Positions 1-12,047 of a DNA stretch of 53,202 bases are shown piece after piece (the stretch's first letter is position 1; every line of letters starts with the position of its first letter). Source of the stretch: Octopus bimaculoides. Taxonomy: Eukaryota. Where the stretch lies: assembly GCF_001194135.2 (NCBI RefSeq), contig NC_068999.1, positions 17,921,680 to 17,974,881 of the forward strand. Direction: 5' to 3'. Made by a program: the position numbers and the translations under genes. The notes under the pieces were generated by a model that saw only the letters and a program-made list of their open reading frames with translations, made no database searches and was not told the DNA's origin.

Positions 1-123
1 TCATACGCACATATATCTGTTTATGCTAGAACCTTATTTTATATATATTAATTTCAACCCTAACATTACCAATCTGACTATTAGAATGAAGGGGAGAGAA
101 CGATTTTTCTGTTCATAGAAGCA

Positions 124-667
124 AAACAAACAAAAAAGTCAATTCGATACGGTCAACGAAAGAACTATTTAAATATATACATACAAGCACAAAGTAATAC
201 AATACAAACGAAATGTCCCACTTGCTAACAACGAGCAAAAACAACAAATTAAATAAGATAAATAGGCTATATCTACATATATACGCCTTTATTTCTTTAC
301 TCTCATAAATATACTTATCGGTACTTATAAAACAAAACGGAAAACGAAACCAAATGTACAGGGACGTAGAAACATAAAATGTATATATACATCAAAACCA
401 GAATAATACCAATATAAAACAGTTTATTGTTTTAGCTTCCATCTAGACCTGACGCATATATATAAGTACCGATAAGTATATTTATGTGAGTAACGAAATA
501 AAGGGTTATATATGCAAATAAAATATATTTATATTATTTAATTTGCTGTTTTGGCTCGTTGTTACCAAGTGGGACATTTCGTTTGCATTGTATTACTTTG
601 TTGTTGTATGTATATATTTACATAGTTTTTTCGTTGACCATATCGAATTGATTTTGTTGATTTTGTT
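124..667. repeat. Long inverted repeat (foldback/MITE-like), arms ~124-329 and ~461-667, ~130 bp spacer
   Basis: 304-329 is the perfect reverse complement of 461-486 (26 bp); 205-224 is the perfect reverse complement of 566-585 (20 bp); similarity continues out to ~124/667. Confidence 0.9.
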
Positions 668-852
668 ATATATATATATATAGATATATATATACATATA
701 TACATACACGTACACATATACCTACATATATACACTTATATACACATTTATATATTTTTAATGAGATAACTATGATATATCCTCATATATACCACTTTAT
801 TCATTCACCTGCATATATAAACATATCGATACATATAAACAAAACGAAAAAC

Positions 853-1102
853 GATCGTGATTTCAATTCGTAGACTGGGTGGTGCGTTGTGTTCTTCAGC
901 AAAACTCTTCATCTCACGTTGCCCTGCGATCACTTCGAAACCTGACGTCTGTTACACGGTGAATCAATTTAGACATCGTCGATTTGATTGAGAGAGTGAA
1001 CAAATGTGTGAGAGGAAAATGTTATCACTATAAACATAACCTTTGTGCTGGTCGTTCAGCAAATACTGAGCTCTCATACGTCGTCTTTGACGGGAGTGTC
1101 CA
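853..1102 (+). mobile_element. 5'-truncated tRNA-derived SINE (octopus type)
   Basis: Degenerate B-box-like region (gtgatttcaattcg) followed by the core gttgtgttcttcagcaaaac...tcacgttgc, which is shared with SINE copies at ~2.78 kb and ~5.5 kb. Confidence 0.65.
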
Positions 1103-1109
1103 GCATGTA

Positions 1110-1860
1110 CGTTGTATGATGAATAAGTATCCGGTCTGTTGCCGTAGTAAGGAATCTAAAGCACAGATTAGTAACAAAGTCATAGTACCGAAGTCTCTTA
1201 GCACAGATTGACATTGGGCTCTGCTGTGCATGTGCAATAAGTTTTGACGTTCTAGCTCCATTTCGTTCCTTGGAAGGAAGGTATGTAGCGTGTGATCATG
1301 ACATTAAACATAACCTAGACATTTGAGAAGAGAATCTGCATTAAATATAATCTAGACATTTGAGAAGAGATACCTGCTCACGCAAAGTTTTCAAAACGTT
1401 TTCCTCGTCCTTGACACAATCAAGGAGATGTTTTGCAACTGACAGCCGAGTCTTGTTTTGGTCAGCTGAAAGCAGTTTTGGCGCAAACTTGGCAGACATG
1501 TGTCTCATAAACAAATCTTAAGTGATAATTGACGAACTGAACCGTAACTAATTTGCTCATCCTCTGATAACTCACGGACGGTGATTCGACGATTGCCCCC
1601 ACAGCTGCACGCATATCTGCAGTGTTTTTCTCAGTTCTGCAGAACGTTCGTCGATATCGACATTTTTTTCCATCGTGGAAACGTCTGCACCACTCGTACA
1701 CTGCACCACTCGTACACTGCACCACTCTGCACCACTCGTACACTTTCTGCAACTTGAGTAGTTATTGCCATGACGACTTTCTCTGTTATGATCAATGCGA
1801 CGATCACACGCTATGCACTTTCCTTCAATGCTCTGCTGTAAACAGCAGAAATGAGCTAGA
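1110..1860 (-). mobile_element. Non-autonomous mariner derivative, copy 1 (right end truncated)
   Basis: Minus strand encodes a mariner N-terminal HTH relic (VYEWCRRFHDGK...MRAAV...VSAKFAPK-like). The left end TA+CGTTGTATGATGAATAAGTATCCGG matches the TIR at 28561, and the gcaaagttttca junction matches 28830-28841. Confidence 0.85.
1685..1743. repeat. 16-bp tandem repeat (ctgcaccactcgtaca, ~3.6 units) inside mariner copy 1
   Basis: Read directly from the sequence. Confidence 0.9.
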
Positions 1861-2717
1861 GAATTAAATCTTAATCCGAACGGTCTGGTGGTCTCGTGGC
1901 TGAAAAGTGGTAGGGATTCATTCCCCTGCTTGCAACAGACATCGACTGCAGATTGGATCGAATAACTAGGTGTAGGGTTGTTCTCCTGTGGTTAAAATGG
2001 TAATAACATCGGTCCCTACGGAACAGCCATGTTTAACTGGTGATAAACAATTCCAATATACATATACGTGTGTATGTGAATGTGTATGTATATATGGTGT
2101 GTGTGTATTCTCGGACGCAATGCACTGGCATGCAGATTTTTGATGAATATTGAGAAGAATGAAGCGGCAGGTAATTTGCATTGTTAAATCAATGCTTCCT
2201 GAATGTGAGGAAATAATACATTTAACGATTAAACACTGATATAATGAATGCAAATTAGAAGACGTGATTTTCATTAACAATATATGTGTTAGCGAGCTAA
2301 AACACCGGTTGACACTGATCAAAACATCAGACATTATTAGGAGTGACCAACTTTTTTAGGATTAAAATGGTAGGAGGATAACATCAATGATTTATCTGAG
2401 AAATAACCCCGATACAATATCACATTTGCTTTTTCAAAATTTTTCTTTCATTAAATGTTCAAGTAATCTGATTGTTAGATTACAATAATATTATCACTAC
2501 GCTTGAAAGCTTATTGATCCAATAGAGATAAGAATTATTCTCTTAAATTCCCTTCCTAAGCGTCTTTATTTTCGAAGTACCATGCTTGCAGTGTTTCAGA
2601 AGCAAATGACTTCGATTTTACAACCACTAGGCTTTGGAAAGCTTGTACCAGAGTGTGGGAAAAATAAAAGACACATTCATATTCAATATCCATTCTCTAT
2701 GCAAAGGGATGGGCAAA

Positions 2718-3018
2718 GCGCGTGTCTTAGTGGACAGGGCATTCGGCTCAAGATCGTAAGGTCGTGAGTCCGTTGTGTCATTGAGACACATTATTTTACG
2801 TTGCTCCAGTCCACTCAGCTGGCAAAAAATGAGTTGTAACTGTATTTCAAAGGGCCAGTGTTGTCATACTCTGTGTCACACGCTGAATCACCCTGAGAAA
2901 TATGTTAAGAGTACATGTGTCTGTGGAATACGCACCCACTTGCACGTAAATTTTATGAGCAAGCTGTTCCGTTGATCCTACCAGCTGGGTCCATAGTCTT
3001 CGTAACCGACGGAGTGCT
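2718..3018 (+). mobile_element. Near full-length tRNA-derived SINE
   Basis: A-box-like gtgtcttagtgg, degraded B-box, core ttttacgttgctccagtccactcagctg, 3' end cgtaaccgacggagtgc running into (TA)n. Confidence 0.8.
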
Positions 3019-3348
3019 TATATATATATATATATATATNNNNNNNNNNNNNNNNNNNNNNNNNNNNNNNNNNNNNNNNNNNNNNNNNNNNNNNNNNNNN
3101 NNNNNNNNNNNNNNNNNNNNNNNNNNNNNNNNNNNNNNNNNNNNNNNNNNNNNNNNNNNNNNNNNNNNNNNNNNNNNNNNNNNNNNNNNNNNNNNNNNNN
3201 NNNNNNNNNNNNNNNNNNNNNNNNNNNNNNNNNNNNNNNNNNNNNNNNNNNNNNNNNNNNNNNNNNNNNNNNNNNNNNNNNNNNNNNNNNNNNNNNNNNN
3301 NNNNNNNNNNNNNNNNNNNNNNNNNNNNNATATATATATATATATATA

Positions 3349-3508
3349 GGCGCAGGAGTGGCTGTGTGGTAAGTAGCTTGCTTACCAACCACATGGTTCC
3401 GAGTTCACTTCCACTATGTGGCACCTTGGCTTCTACTATAGCCTCGGTCTGACCAAAGCTTTGTGAGTGGATTTGGTAGACGGAAACTGAAAGAAGCCTG
3501 TCGTATAT
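3349..3508 (+). mobile_element. tRNA-derived SINE, 5' half
   Basis: A-box TGGCTGTGTGG and B-box-like GGTTCCGAGTTCACTTCC, followed by gtggatttggtagacggaaactgaaagaagcc, which I recognise as an abundant octopus SINE. Confidence 0.8.
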
Positions 3509-3600
3509 AAGTATATGTACTAACAACTATATCACATACATAAACACTCAAAGTAACCATAATAATAACATTACACAAAACCTCACCACTAACATAGGAA

Positions 3601-4553
3601 GAAGAAATTTCTAACAGACATTAAGACTACTATAATCTAGCACTTAAGAAGGCACGATATAAATATGAAATTAAGTACAATAAAAACAACAGCATCAATA
3701 CTAATAATGCCAAAATTTATCTTGATATGAACAACATAGACAAAATTAGTGGACCTAAGTCAACTGGTGAATTAGTACACCCCGAAAAACAAACACAAAC
3801 TCTCAATAATAGACATCAACACAACATTAACAAGAGAGAGAAAATCCACAACCACAATAAACATACCAGCAAACATGATCAATACTTTACTAAAAGAAAA
3901 ACTTTACTAAAAGAAAAACTTTACTAAAAGAAAAAAAAAAATTAATGTTAGTAATTCCCAAATCACAAACTACACAAATAATAATCTAAATAAACCCAAG
4001 AATACTGACAACAAACACCAAAAACACTTAATTTAGATAAAAATGAGAACATTAAACCAATAAACATAAAAAATGAATGTAATCTCATTTCACCTAATCC
4101 TTCTAATACTACACATAACCACAGAAATCATATTAGTATAGATAGAAATAAAATTGAAAAAGAGAAGCCAATACCTTATGTAAGAAGAGATGACCCCCAA
4201 AACATAACCCATCACTCTAATAAAGAAAACAATAACACTACTCGGATCATAATACTTTTTGCCAAACATCTAAAAGGTAATTTTATGAGATCCATCAGAA
4301 ATATAATTAAAACTTTAAAAAATCAAAATATGTAAAATATTTAATAACAAAAACAACTAGATTTGGATTGTCAGTCTTTCCAAACATTTTTAGGATAATC
4401 TCTTCTTTTAACAATAAGAAACTGGACCTATTCTATAGTAAAAATAAAGCTTTATCCAATATACCTAGCAACTGCAATAATTCTGTAACAAACAACTATA
4501 ATTTTCCCATAATTTTTCCTAACTATATTATCTCCCCTACATTGTTAATCTAA
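3601..4553 (+). mobile_element. Decayed Penelope-like retroelement fragment (region C-terminal to RT)
   Basis: EEISNRH*DYYNLALKKARYKYEIKY (from 3601) and SVFPNIFRIISSFNNKKL (from 4368) resemble PLE motifs I recall (EIF..YN.AL...GY; SYS.MPN...ISSHNKK), in the expected order, with an N/K/T-rich spacer. Confidence 0.55.
3884..3934. repeat. 17-bp tandem repeat actttactaaaagaaaa x3
   Basis: Three exact copies starting at 3884, 3901 and 3918. Confidence 0.95.
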
Positions 4554-4660
4554 GTTTGTTACATCTATTAAACCTCTAAACGTGTTTTCTTTTTTAATAT
4601 TTATAGCCACAACAAGTATATACTATCTTAATTCTGTAATATTGACTACTAATTTCCTAA

Positions 4661-4900
4661 TACAGTTCCATATTTAAGATATAAGGAATTACGTACATTA
4701 TTTATTTCTACGGATATTTGTCCTCATCTTGTTTGTTATTAACACAAAGCTTCGGCTGATATACCCTCCAGCTCTCTTGGGGAAATATAGAAACTGGGTT
4801 CTCATTCCTAAAATATTATTATTATTATTTAGACTATTGCTTGGAATCGAAATCGGAATCTTTGGGTAAGTAGCCCACACGCTTAACCACTGCGCCATAC
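4661..4900 (-). mobile_element. tRNA-headed SINE-like element with internal (AAT)n and a structured 3' part
   Basis: Minus-strand A-box TGGCGCAGTGG (4897-4887) and B-box GATTTCGATTCC (4854-4843), then a short AAT run and a gctg-N10-cagc hairpin. Confidence 0.7.
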
Positions 4901-4924
4901 ATACACACACACACACGCACACAC

Positions 4925-4999
<75 letters not shown>

Positions 5000-5000
5000 C
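4898..5000. repeat. (CA)n/(TA)n microsatellite
   Basis: Read directly from the sequence. Confidence 0.95.
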
Positions 5001-5494
5001 ATCTTTTATTCTTTCAGTTAGGTTAGTGGGTATTTGGTAGGCATCTGCTGTTCCTGGATATGGAATATATATATCTTTGTAAGTTGGATGGAAAGTATCT
5101 ATCGCAGTTCCAGGAAATTCTAGTCTTCCTGTCAATACTTTTGTTGCCATTTAGTATCCATAACACATGTGTGCGTGTGTTTTTGTGCGTGTGTGTGCAT
5201 GTGTGTATGTGTATACATATATATATATATCTATCTATGTATTTATAAATAATAAATATGGCTTCGCAATTTAGAACCGAAGGTCAGACGTCATTAAAGA
5301 GACTAAGGGAACTAGTTTGCAAAGGCATTGCTGAAAACAAGAATGAAAAGAACCCTTTACCACGATAAAGCACTTATCCTATGACTGAGAGTGATTTCGC
5401 ATTTTGTTAATGCTCTTCAGTTGCTCTCACCTGGCTGCCTAGGGTTACGCTAGCTCGCCTTGTCAGTCTATAAGGATAGGCAGACGGTGCTGTC

Positions 5495-5709
5495 TGTTGT
5501 GTTCTTGGGCAAGACACTTTATTCCACGTTGCTCCAGTTCACTCAGCTACGCCATTAGTGCCAAGTCGTATTGGCCTTTGCCTTTCTCTTAGATTAAATC
5601 AATGGCGTGGAAAAGAGACACTGGTATGCGTAGGCGACTGGTGGTGTTCCATAAACAATTTTGCCCAGATTTGTGCCTCGGTGGGTAACTTCTAGATACA
5701 ATCCCATGG

Positions 5710-5712
<3 letters not shown>
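5495..5712 (+). mobile_element. SINE fragment (shared central core, different 3' body)
   Basis: gttgtgttcttgggcaagacactttattccacgttgctccagttcactcagct matches the core of the 2718-3018 SINE; the element ends at (TA)n. Confidence 0.7.
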
Positions 5713-5758
<46 letters not shown>

Positions 5759-5764
5759 TAGATC

Positions 5765-5828
<64 letters not shown>

Positions 5829-5845
5829 TATAGATAGATAGATAT
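5712..5845. repeat. Compound (TA)n(GATA)n microsatellite
   Basis: Read directly from the sequence. Confidence 0.95.
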
Positions 5846-6564
5846 CTAATTCTAGTCTGAGTTTGTTCTAGATAATAAGTCTAGCTAACCTGTAAAAGTT
5901 TCCCCAAGAGAGGAATGAGCTAATATAATGGAGAAATTGAAACCAGAATATAATCACATTAATGTGGTGCACACATGAGATAATATTCAGTATAAGATGA
6001 AGAAAATATAGATAAATAAAACACGGATCTAGAAATCATTACCGTTATAGTTTTAGTAGATTTCATTCATAAAATAACATAATGGATATGCAGTAATATT
6101 GTTCCTAATAGAACATCCACTTGGTGAAATCACTTTCTAATGTAGAATATTCTAAGACGGTTTCGCTAAGCAAAATTATATATTGCTCCGAAACCATTTA
6201 ATAGATTAAATAACTTTGCAAACATCGAGATATTTAATCCATTAGATCAAATCAAATGTATTGTATGTCGGCTACATGATTCATCCCAACGGAAAATCTG
6301 AAATCAGCGTCTACCATGATATAATTAAAATTCAGACAAGTCACGAACAGCAAACGTAGGTTAACTAACAAATATGAAAGTTCATAGTAGAGTTCCATAT
6401 GTTTAAATGGCGTGAGGAATCTAAAGTTTCGGAGACTTGCTCTTCGTAAGCGAATGAAGATAATGAATGCGGTTATGTCGCTTAGAGGAGTTGGGACGGT
6501 GATGTAGTAGGGGAGAAAGGAATAGGTGGGCTTGATACACAATGTGAGAGAGAGGGAAAGGAGA

Positions 6565-6583
6565 GATAGTTAGATAGATAAAT

Positions 6584-6642
<59 letters not shown>

Positions 6643-6690
6643 CAGAGAGACAGAGACAGAGAGACAGAGACATAGAGATTGAGAGAGAGT
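6565..6690. repeat. Compound (GATA)n(GA)n(GAGACA)n microsatellite
   Basis: Read directly from the sequence. Confidence 0.95.
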
Positions 6691-6907
6691 TACGTCCAGG
6701 AGTTTCAGGAATTTGTGATGCGAGATGAAATACGAGGAGAAGCGTAAGCATTAATGACGGAAGTTACAAATCGCAAGGCCTAAAAAAATGAGAAGGAAAA
6801 AGTTAGACTATAAGAAAGATGAAATAAAGGAGAGAAAACTCTGAATTGCAGGAAATAAGAGTAGCAGATAAAATAAAACGATTTGAATATTAAGGCAACA
6901 AAAAGGG

Positions 6908-7116
6908 GGGGTGCCGTCAGAATCGTTAGCATTCCGGACGAAATAGTTAGCGACATTTCGTCGGTCTTTACGTTCTGAGTTCAAATTCAGCCGATGTTGA
7001 CCTTGATTTTCACCGTTTCGGGGTTGATAAAATAAGTACCAGTTGAACACTTGTTTCGAAGTAATCGACTTACCTTCTCTCCCGAAATTGCTGGCCTAGT
7101 GCTAAAATTCGAAATC
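6908..7116 (+). mobile_element. tRNA-derived SINE (octopus type)
   Basis: cagaatcgttagc...atttcgtcggtctttacgttctgagttcaaattc (B-box) ...gataaaataagtaccagt; same family as 25228-25330 and 24683-24767. Confidence 0.8.
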
Positions 7117-9897
7117 GTTATTCAGGCAGCGATAGAATAATAATAATTTAGAATGGTCTGTAAATTTGAAGAGATATATCATTAACATTCTATGTGCCAC
7201 CAATATGCATATAAGAAGAGAAAATATGATGGCTAATATACATCAAGCTACCAACGTTATTTACCTCAAATACCGAACATCTCTGTAGCAAAATTCGTAT
7301 TCTTAAGCGTACAAAATATAAACATATTATTCTAAAAGAAATGTATGTTACATATGTTACAGAACTCTGTTTCATAGTTCAGTTATTTCGGAAACACATG
7401 AGGTACACGATGGTTGTCTGAATTATTGTTGTTTAATATCAGGTGAGCACTCGTTGAGTATATCTATAAATGAAGGTCTCCGGTCGTTAGCATCTTGTAT
7501 TTCTGTCAATCTAAGAGCAAATAAATGGATGTTATCCAAAATGTTTATCATTTCACAGAAGTTACATTCTTACATACTAAACATTTAGCAATATTTTCTA
7601 AAAAACACAGTGAGACAGCTGAAAAGGAACCCTTGCTGTTTTATATAATTAACGTACATGGAACGTTCAAACCACGGGGTAACATTAAAGTATTTTGTCA
7701 CGCATACACAGGAATTGGAAATTTATGAAAACATTGAAAATATTAGAAGTTTCTTTTCATAGATCAGCTTTAATTCTTGATCGTTTTCAGTTTGTGTATA
7801 TATATGTTTGCGATTGCGTGTATGTGTGTGTGGGATATGTATGTGTGTATGTGTGTGTCTTTCCAATGCTTAATTTTTCATAAGTGAACCATATGTATAA
7901 TTTCATTTCCTCGGAGCTTCCAAAGTGAAGTGTAAATTAACTTGGAAAAAATGTACATATGTAGAAAAGATCACTTGACTTTGGAAGCTACGAAAAATCT
8001 CTGAGTTGATGCAAAAACACTTAGTGCACTGCACCTTATAGCAGAAACATTTGTAACCTAATGAAGTACATTGCATAATTTCGTCTTTTTTTATTTATTG
8101 AATTAAACAAACGCACATATATACACGCACACAGACACACACTCATATTTACACATACATAAGGTTTATATATATGCACATATGCATGTGTGTGTGTGTG
8201 TGTCAATGTATTTGCATATGCGTGCTTTTCTTTTGCGTTTCTAACTCTTTACATGTTTTAGTGGTTGGACAAACGTACCCTGAATTTATATCAAGACTTG
8301 TAATTATTCAAACGTCACACCTGCCAACTGAGTGTGCGATGTAAGGTGAACAATAACAAACACACAAGATCGAAGGCAAAACCCCTCAAGACAACCACCA
8401 AAGATATTTCAAATCGTCAGAAATTTAAACAGGAGAATTATCAAGTTTATCGTATAGTGTGACTGAAACTGAAACAATATTGTTTCAAAACAAATTCCTT
8501 AAAACCAACACCACGGCTGCCGGAACGTATAAAACCTGAATATAACTGATATATACATAATCACAGGCGCGTGTTATATACGTACATACATGCTCACAGA
8601 CAAAGAAATGTAAACAGATTTCAGTAGTAGAAATTAAGCCATATTTATGCATATAGATAGATATTTCCAATAGAAGAAATGTATTAAATAAAGCTCTATA
8701 TTGATATGCAATAAATGCAGAGACTGAGGAAGTCATAGTTACTTAGCTTTACAGTAACAAACACGAAAATCAACTAATATTACATTTAAATATTAGTAAT
8801 TATATACACGGAATGATAACTGCTCCTGAGGTTCAGACGTATGCTTACATACATGTTTCCCTCAAGTATACTATTAAGAATGGATTTCCAATATTTAGAA
8901 TATATTGATTAGGAATAAAAACAAAATTCAATCGAAGGAAAATGTTTGTTCAAATTTCTGAACATTAATAATGAGACATATCAGGAGAAGCGTATTAGAG
9001 TTTGGTAGGAGGAAATATACATAAACTAAAGTGATATTTGTTAAAAGCAGACAACATATGGAAACCCGCAAGCACACACATATACACAACATTATATATA
9101 ACCATTTGCATATATGTACATATATATACATGTCTGTGTGCGCATGCGCCTGTGTTTGCATGGTGTGTGTATCTAAGTGTGTGAGTATCTGAATACGCAC
9201 ACACATACACGTATATTCAGACACAGCTACATATGTATATATATGTATGTGCGAGTGTGTGAGGTGTGTACATGTGTGTCTGTATGCGTTCGTGTGTACA
9301 TGTGTATCTCTATTTGTGCGTGTGTCTGTGAGTGAGTGTGCCTGATTTTCTGTATTTGTTTGTATATATATATATATATATATATATNNNNNNNNNNNNN
9401 NNNNNNNNNNNNNNNNNNNNNNNNNNNNNNNNNNNNNNNNNNNNNNNNNNNNNNNNNNNNNNNNNNNNNNNNNNNNNNNNNNNNNNNNNNNNNNNNNNNN
9501 NNNATATATGTATATATATGCATAGGTCTCTGTACCAAACTCTCACAATGCATAAATGTGAAATACCGAAATAATTGCTCAGAATATCGGCAGAATGTCG
9601 CAGAATTTACTTAATATATATATTAAACACGCAGACATGAACATTTACAAAACTTCTTCTTATTCTTAAGCTTTTCTACTTCTTTCGTTAGTTTCGATGT
9701 TTTTCTTGTTTTTGCTATTCTTTTTTTTTTCTAATTTTTCTTCCTTTGTTTTCGTCATTCTCCCACTTTGGATTCTTCCTTATTTTCCTACGCTTTTAAG
9801 AAACTTTCCTTCGTTATTTAAATCAGTCCCACTTGATTATACTTTCCTACATCCGTGTGTAAACGGTCGTCTTTGTATGTTCTTTATTCGATTCATT

Positions 9898-9941
<44 letters not shown>

Positions 9942-11282
9942 ACATACACACACACACACACATACAGACACACACACACAGACACACACATAGACACACA
10001 CACACACACACACACGCATATATATATATTACATCAAAATTCATTTTTACTTTGATTTTATTACTGAATGTACTATTCCAATGGCAAAGTTACAATTTTC
10101 TTTTTGCTCTGAACGTTTTTAAAGACTGATGAGTTAGTGAAAGTATGAATCGATAATATAATGTGAGTGTGTATATATATATGAATGTGTGTGTGACGTT
10201 AAAGCTCCAGCGTTGTTTATTATATAAATATTATTAATGTGAAATCAGTCTCCTCCAAACAGTTTGTCATCCTAGCTGTTTTCCGAGTGCCATTGTTAAA
10301 GAAATAATTAGTTCTCTCCAAACCGGCATATATTTTTTGAAGTCTATTAAATCAATTCAGTTCTTCACTAGCATTGTACTTTGCCGACCACATAGAGATT
10401 TAAGTGCATTTTAGAATTTTTATTAAAAATGCGAATCATAATCTTTTCCCGAAAACAAGAATTTACTTCAAATACTACTAAATTAATATAACAGACACAA
10501 CAAGCGTTTAGTTGCTAAAGATATCTTATGTTGTAAATTTAACGAACCAGGCGTCCAAAGTTAAGCTGTTACTATCAGTACAGAACTATGAATAACAAAT
10601 ATAATTCTATTTCTAAATTCCTTATATTTAAATTTTGTTTTAAAATAAGGGCATAGGTTTAGAATTAACCTGGAAAGTCGCATGTGACAAACAGGAATCC
10701 TTTTATATGAGTGAAACCAATATCTGTATAAAAAGCACTGGCTAAGGATCCTCTCCTTAACACATCCATGTTAAAGTTATCCTACTGTTTTCAAAAGTAT
10801 TTATACCTATTTCAAAAATTAACAGCCCACTTGTATCCTGACAGAGAATCATCATATTGTACATTATTTACCCATCTTATAAAAATCTTATAAAAATCTT
10901 ACATCAATTGCACAACGATTCTGATATCAAAGTTTGAACGTTTCATTAATTTAGCATTCAATTTTAATTCAGTTATTAATTCTAATCCTCTTTATGTAAA
11001 TGTCCCAGCATCCTTCTGCGACAAATTACACTTATACCTAATCTGCTTTTATATTATATAACATATTGCAGTAGATATAATTCCATTAACTAATTTTATT
11101 ATTTGAACCATTATTAATTCGTCGCTATTTGTATTTACTTTTATATGCTTCATGTATTATAAATAATCATTTATGCACAACCTCATAGAGATATTTTTTT
11201 TCACATGAAGACTCATATTCATAAGCATTACCCTATGTTTTTTTTATGAACGTATACATAGTCTTAATTCTTTTATTGATTT

Positions 11283-11337
11283 ATTCTTTTATTGGTTTCA
11301 GTCAATGAACTGTGGCCACGCTGAAGTACCGCTTTAT
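11283..11337 (-). mobile_element. SINE 3' end fragment
   Basis: Reverse complement aaagcggtacttcagcgtggccacagttcattgactgaaacc resembles the 3' ends at ~45530-45590 and 38226-38276. Confidence 0.55.
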
Positions 11338-12047
11338 TTCTATTTCATTATTTTCTATATATATTACTAGATTTTTCTTTTCATTTTTTTTAGTTTTTCT
11401 GGCTGGAAGTTGATTTAAAACTTAGTTAGCTAGAGCTGATCTTCGTTGAGCGTGTCCTTGTACAGGTGACTAGTGTGATATTTTGGCTACGGCTTCATCC
11501 AATGATCTTTAATATTTTATTAGAAGTCCTTTTTAGTTTTCCAATTATTCTATGTTAGCAGCTGAACACCTGTAGTCCTCCGAATAAAGATTTCTGCAGC
11601 ATTGTATCATTTCTCGTGAGTTGGAAGGTGGCATATGGGAGAGTTGGTGGTGTCTACCAATTCCTGCACCCAAGTTTACATTAACGCCTGTGCTTAGAAC
11701 ACCATATAATTTTCTGAGTCATTCAAAGGCGTTGAGATTTGAGACATTCTAAACAATTAAATCTTTTAAGTGAAGTTATCTTTCATGTGAAGACTCTCTG
11801 TGACACTTCAGATGTGGGTAACAATATAGTATCCTCAAAGCTCCATGCATTGAGTTTTCAATATTTTTATATACTCCAGTATTCTTTATTTTCTTCATTT
11901 CTTCATTTTATTTACAATGTATAGCACCGATTTTGGAATTGAGAAAGAGTTCTGTTACTGAATGATTTTACATAAAACTAACACTACCGGAACAGACTAA
12001 AGTAGCATGGTAGCGAGATCTTGGCTGTGTTTATCGTATGAAATATA

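Noticed and set aside
1880-1930. tRNA gene (A-box-like TGGTCTCGTGG, B-box-like GGGATTCATTCCC)
   Set aside because: The boxes are too close together and there is no cloverleaf; at best a degraded SINE head.
10118-10150. Minimal hammerhead at ctgatgagttagtgaaag
   Set aside because: No convincing helix II, and no helix I/III partners or cleavage triplet.
10640-11000. pogo/Tigger transposase relic on the minus strand
   Set aside because: Only vague resemblance (KWAVNF*NRY); no diagnostic motif or TIR.
11400-11730. RTE 3' fragment on the minus strand (LNAFE, YKDTLNED)
   Set aside because: Two short motifs in different frames; not enough without a search.
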